Below, one piece after another: positions 63,019-64,000 of a DNA stretch of 64,000 nt (position 1 is its first letter; every line of letters begins with the position of its first letter). The stretch comes from an uncultured Lentisphaerota bacterium (GTDB taxonomy: Bacteria > Verrucomicrobiota > Kiritimatiellia > CAIQIC01), in the NCBI GenBank assembly GCA_903896925.1, contig CAITZM010000134.1, positions 33,765-97,764 on the forward strand. Reading direction: 5' to 3'. A program made the position numbers and the translations under genes. The notes under the pieces were generated by a model. That model made no database searches. It had not been told where the DNA came from and saw only the letters and a list, made by a program, of their open reading frames with translations.

Positions 63019-63999
63019 CTAGCCGCCCACCCGCTCAAGGCCGAGAATGAACAGGGCATACCAGCCGGTGAGAATATGCGAAACGGACACGCCGATCAAC
63101 GAGCGCTGGCGCGAATACAACCAGCCCCAGAAAAGCCCGGCGAACATCGCCAGCACGGCCAGGAAAGTCGACACATGGATATGGAAGGCGGCGAACATGG
63201 CGTTGGACAGGATAATCGCCCACAGCACCCGGTGCTTGCTGGTGAGAAATTCATGGAAGGAACTCTGCAAGGCGCCTCGCGCAATTATTTCCTGCACGGG
63301 TGAAAAGAGTCCGTAAAGCAGCGCGATGACCAGGCCCTTCGTCAGGTTAATCCCGCTACCCGCGTCTCCATGCCCAAAGGATAATTGGAACACGGACAAA
63401 TGATGCATGGACGGGACGAGCCCTATCAAGGCCCACTTGATAAGCGTTGCGCTCAAACACAACACCACGGTAACCAGCAAGGTCAGGCGCAAGTCCGCCT
63501 TCCAATTGCCCACGCGGAACCCGTAGATCCACATAGGGAAGCCGCTGGAGCGCATCATGATGACCAGGCTGACGGCAATAGCCGCCGTGAGCGTCACTGA
63601 AACGTATGTGCTCGTTTCAGAGTTGTTGACCAGGACGGTTATCGTGCTCAACAGGAGATTGTAGAAAGTCACCAACAGGATGGTATAAATGATCAGGCGA
63701 CCTGTTGCCGCGCGCGCATGTGCCGATTTAAGTTCGTTTTGCAGCGCTACCACAGTTACTTCGTTGGTATGCCGCAGGCGCGCCGACAAGTCGCGAGCCA
63801 GGTTGTAGGCCATGCGGCCGAAGGCCGACGGCTCATTTTTCTGAAGTTCGGAAAAAGCCTCCCGACTGATGCTTGCCAAGGTCACTGCGCTTACCGCCCG
63901 CACGGTAGCGGAGCGTTCAGAAGACTCAAGAATCGCCATTTCCCCAAGCGTGCTGCCCTCTGACAAGGTAGCCAGTTGATACTCCGGCCCCTTCACCCC
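63019..63999 (-). CDS. cNMP-binding domain fused to CPBP (Abi/CAAX) intramembrane protease; 5' end outside window
   Basis: LGEMAIL...RSATVRA cNMP cassette; QEIIARG, FAAFH, SHILTG CPBP motifs. Confidence 0.85.
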   Translation of the reverse strand, partial: GVKGPEYQLATLSEGSTLGEMAILESSERSATVRAVSAVTLASISREAFSELQKNEPSAFGRMAYNLARDLSARLRHTNEVTVVALQNELKSAHARAATGRLIIYTILLVTFYNLLLSTITVLVNNSETSTYVSVTLTAAIAVSLVIMMRSSGFPMWIYGFRVGNWKADLRLTLLVTVVLCLSATLIKWALIGLVPSMHHLSVFQLSFGHGDAGSGINLTKGLVIALLYGLFSPVQEIIARGALQSSFHEFLTSKHRVLWAIILSNAMFAAFHIHVSTFLAVLAMFAGLFWGWLYSRQRSLIGVSVSHILTGWYALFILGLERVGG

Positions 64000-64000
64000 C

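Overview
High-GC bacterial chromosomal window, most likely from a PVC-superphylum organism such as Kiritimatiellia/Lentisphaerae. That placement is inferred from the Gloeo/Verruco-type repeats and overall gene repertoire and is not proven. Core genes are bioF, psd-pssA, ettA, dnaE, gyrB-gyrA, gluQ, an adenosine deaminase and two LpxL-type acyltransferases. Accessory modules between them: (1) a >1176-aa secreted protein absent from the ORF track, with a nucleotidyltransferase-like motif, downstream of a CsgG/LpoB-like + 12xFN3 lipoprotein; (2) a repeat-bearing SPFH gene pair plus an arrestin-like gene; (3) an orphan integron-like platform (promoter, leader ORF, attI-like site, one DUF1801 cassette, canonical attC, no adjacent integrase); (4) an epimerase-YaiO-HEAT-GT2-diguanylate cyclase glycan locus near a degenerate GGDEF protein; (5) a Rieske/cytochrome b operon nested in a cytochrome bd-like pair; (6) an MNT-HEPN toxin-antitoxin pair with an altered motif; (7) a cNMP-CPBP protease fusion. 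Intergenic DNA carries several repeat families. The most striking is dispersed arrays of a TTCCA-N5-TGGAA palindrome at about 32-bp spacing, one of which is read in frame in a protein N-terminus. No rRNA, tRNA or CRISPR array was found. All family assignments are by-eye motif recognition, not database searches.
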